The position numbers were made by a program, and so were the translations under genes. From positions 271,684,001 through 271,748,000 of the forward strand of contig NC_091283.1 of NCBI RefSeq assembly GCF_032444005.1: a DNA stretch of 64,000 bases. The letters are read 5' to 3'. Below are positions 61,598-64,000 of the stretch, in pieces (positions within the stretch are counted from its first letter, which is position 1; every line of letters starts with the position of its first letter). This DNA is from Ranitomeya imitator. Its lineage: Eukaryota. The notes beneath the pieces were generated by a model. The model had not been told where the DNA came from. It worked only from the letters and a program-made list of their open reading frames with translations, and made no database searches.

Positions 61598-63200
61598 CAG
61601 TGGGGCAAAAAAGTATTTAGTCAGTCAGCAATAGTGCAAGTTCCACCACTTAAAAAGATGAGAGGCGTCTGTAATTTACATCATAGGTAGACCTCAACTA
61701 TGGGAGACAAACTGAGAAAAAAAAATCCAGAAAATCACATTGTCTGTTTTTTTAACATTTTATTTGCATATTATGGTGGAAAATAAGTATTTGGTCAGAA
61801 ACAAACAATCAAGATTTCTGGCTCTCACAGACCTGTAACTTCTTCTTTAAGAGTCTCCTCTTTCCTCCACTCATTACCTGTAGTAATGGCACCTGTTTAA
61901 ACTTGTTATCAGTATAAAAAGACACCTGTGCACACCCTCAAACAGTCTGACTCCAAACTCCACTATGGTGAAGACCAAAGAGCTGTCAAAGGACACCAGA
62001 AACAAAATTGTAGCCCTGCACCAGGCTGGGAAGACTGAATCTGCAATAGCCAACCAGCTTGGAGTGAAGAAATCAACCGTGGGAGCAATAATTAGAAAAT
62101 GGAAGACATACAAGACCACTGATAATCTCCCTCGATCTGGGGCTCCACGCAAAATCCCACCCCGTGGGGTCAGAATGATCACAAGAACGGTGAGCAAAAA
62201 TCCCAGAACCACGCGGGGGGACCTAGTGAATGAACTGCAGAGAGCTGGGACCAATGTAACAAGGCCTACCATAAGTAACACACTATGCCACCATGGACTC
62301 AGATCCTGCAGTGCCAGACGTGTCCCACTGCTTAAGCCAGTACATGTCCAGGCCCGTCTGAAGTTTGCTAGAGAGCATTTGGATGATCCAGAGGAGTTTT
62401 GGGAGAATGTCCTATGGTCTGATGAAACCAAACTGGAACTGTTTGGTAGAAACACAACTTGTCGTGTTTGGAGGAAAAAGAATACTGAGTTGCATCCAAC
62501 AAACACCATACCTACTGTAAAGCATGGTGGTGGAAACATCATGCTTTGGGGCTGTTTCTCTGCAAAGGGGCCAGGACGACTGATCCGGGTACATGAAAGA
62601 ATGAATGGGGCCATGTATCGTGAGATTTTGAGTGCAAACCTCCTTCCATCAGCAAGGGCATTGAAGATGAAACGTGGCTGGGTCTTTCAACATGACAATG
62701 ATCCAAAGCAAACCGCCAGGGCAACGGAGTGGCTTCGTAAGAAGCATTTCAAGGTCCTGGAGTGGCCTAGCCAGTCTCCAGATCTCAACCCTATAGAAAA
62801 CCTTTGGAGGGAGTTGAAAGTCCATGTTGCCAAGCGAAAAGCCAAAAACATCACTGCTCTAGAGGAGATCTGCATGGAGGAATGGGCCAAGATACCAACA
62901 ACAGTGTGTGGCAACCTTGTGAAGACTTACAGAAAACGTTTGACCTCTGTCATTGCCAACAAAGGATATATTACAAAGTATTGAGATGAAATTTTGTTTC
63001 TGACCAAATACTTATTTTCCACCATAATATGCAAATAAAATGTTAAAAAAACAGACAATGTGATTTTCTGGATTTTTTTTTCTCAGTTTGTCTCCCATAG
63101 TTGAGGTCTACCTATGATGTAAATTACAGACGCCTCTCATCTTTTTAAGTGGTGGAACTTGCACTATTGCTGACTGACTAAATACTTTTTTGCCCCACTG
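61598..63200 (+). mobile_element. Full-length Tc1 transposon
   Basis: TA|CAGTGGGGCAAAAAAG...CTTTTTTGCCCCACTG|TA. The ~209-bp TIRs appear identical by eye. Length 1603 bp. Confidence 0.97.
61965..62984 (+). CDS. Tc1 transposase, 339 aa, DD33E spacing
   Basis: Paired-like HTH, GRPRK-like GAPRK, WSDETK, HDNDPKQ and [11 protein letters not shown]. Confidence 0.95.
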   Translation: MVKTKELSKDTRNKIVALHQAGKTESAIANQLGVKKSTVGAIIRKWKTYKTTDNLPRSGAPRKIPPRGVRMITRTVSKNPRTTRGDLVNELQRAGTNVTRPTISNTLCHHGLRSCSARRVPLLKPVHVQARLKFAREHLDDPEEFWENVLWSDETKLELFGRNTTCRVWRKKNTELHPTNTIPTVKHGGGNIMLWGCFSAKGPGRLIRVHERMNGAMYREILSANLLPSARALKMKRGWVFQHDNDPKQTARATEWLRKKHFKVLEWPSQSPDLNPIENLWRELKVHVAKRKAKNITALEEICMEEWAKIPTTVCGNLVKTYRKRLTSVIANKGYITKY

Positions 63201-64000
63201 TATATAAATGACACATTAGACGTCAACTATGTTTGTATGCCCCAAGTCAGAACTCGTAAGTTTGTAGTTAAAACTCTTGGATTTTCTACAATAATAGTAG
63301 AGGTGCTACTGTACGCCCTTTGCTTATCTCCTCCTCAGCCCCAACCTGACCACCACCAATCGCATCCTGGTTGCTGTAACTCACCTGGCTGCTTCAACTC
63401 GCCACTGGTTCTCATCATTGCCTTTTTGAGAGCAAGTGGTACCAAGTATCTCTGTGGACCTCCAATTCTTAGCTACCCTTGGTTTTATGAGGGATCTTGC
63501 GATATTACACCCTTGAACAATAAGGTCCACTAGGTTACAGTTCTGTGCATAGGTGTTTGTACTGAAATTCTGGGCATTGACCATGTGTACCTGTAGCCTG
63601 ACCAAGACCTATCTAACTATATTCTACTTTCGCTGCCCTGTTACTATGATTTGGTGTCATAAGTCCTTCCAAAAGCCCACTGTTATTCACAGAGACAACT
63701 CTAAAATAACAACCTAAAGATTCCTTATGGCTTTTTGGAGTAGAAACCTCACATTTCCTTAGACTCAGTACCCTGGTATAACCAATGTCAAATTCATTAG
63801 CAACCCAGTAGGTCCAGATCATCCAAGGTAGCCCTCACGGTAGGAAGATCCTTGAATTCAGGGTATCCGTAACATACAATTGCCCAAAGTGGACCATTGA
63901 CTAGACGACTAGATAATTTTAGAAATAATTTATCTTTGTCCACATTGTATGTGGAAGACACTCTGCTGTTCAATGTCTCTTTCCTCTTGTGATGTAACTG

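Noticed and set aside
61874-62614. 246-aa antisense ORF
   Set aside because: Shadow of the Tc1 transposase on the opposite strand.

Overview
This window is eukaryotic, repeat-saturated DNA. The repeat families and satellites look anuran (frog-like), but that assignment is an inference. I found no host gene exon, rRNA, tRNA or CRISPR array that I can support. The window is mostly nested transposons and minisatellites, and most junctions are readable by eye. Main contents: (1) the right arm of a hAT element with an open transposase N-terminus (1-2755), inserted in a 53-bp satellite. (2) A 35-bp satellite and a 3.5-kb non-autonomous hAT-type element. (3) An old minus-strand Gypsy (~16460-40768) split by a 12.7-kb hAT, a solo LTR, an L2 LINE and a younger chromodomain Gypsy whose RT catalytic core is deleted in frame. 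(4) Inside the 12.7-kb hAT: a 1.9-kb foldback element built of 112-bp hairpin units, and a Ngaro tyrosine-recombinase retroelement (RT-RNase H, YR and SGNH hydrolase ORFs open, gag deleted). (5) Harbinger and T2-type MITEs, four Tc1 elements (one near-intact with perfect TIRs but DD33E spacing) and telomere-like repeats. Most other ORFs in the track are repeat artefacts. The most notable items are variants of known TE families, not a clearly new system.
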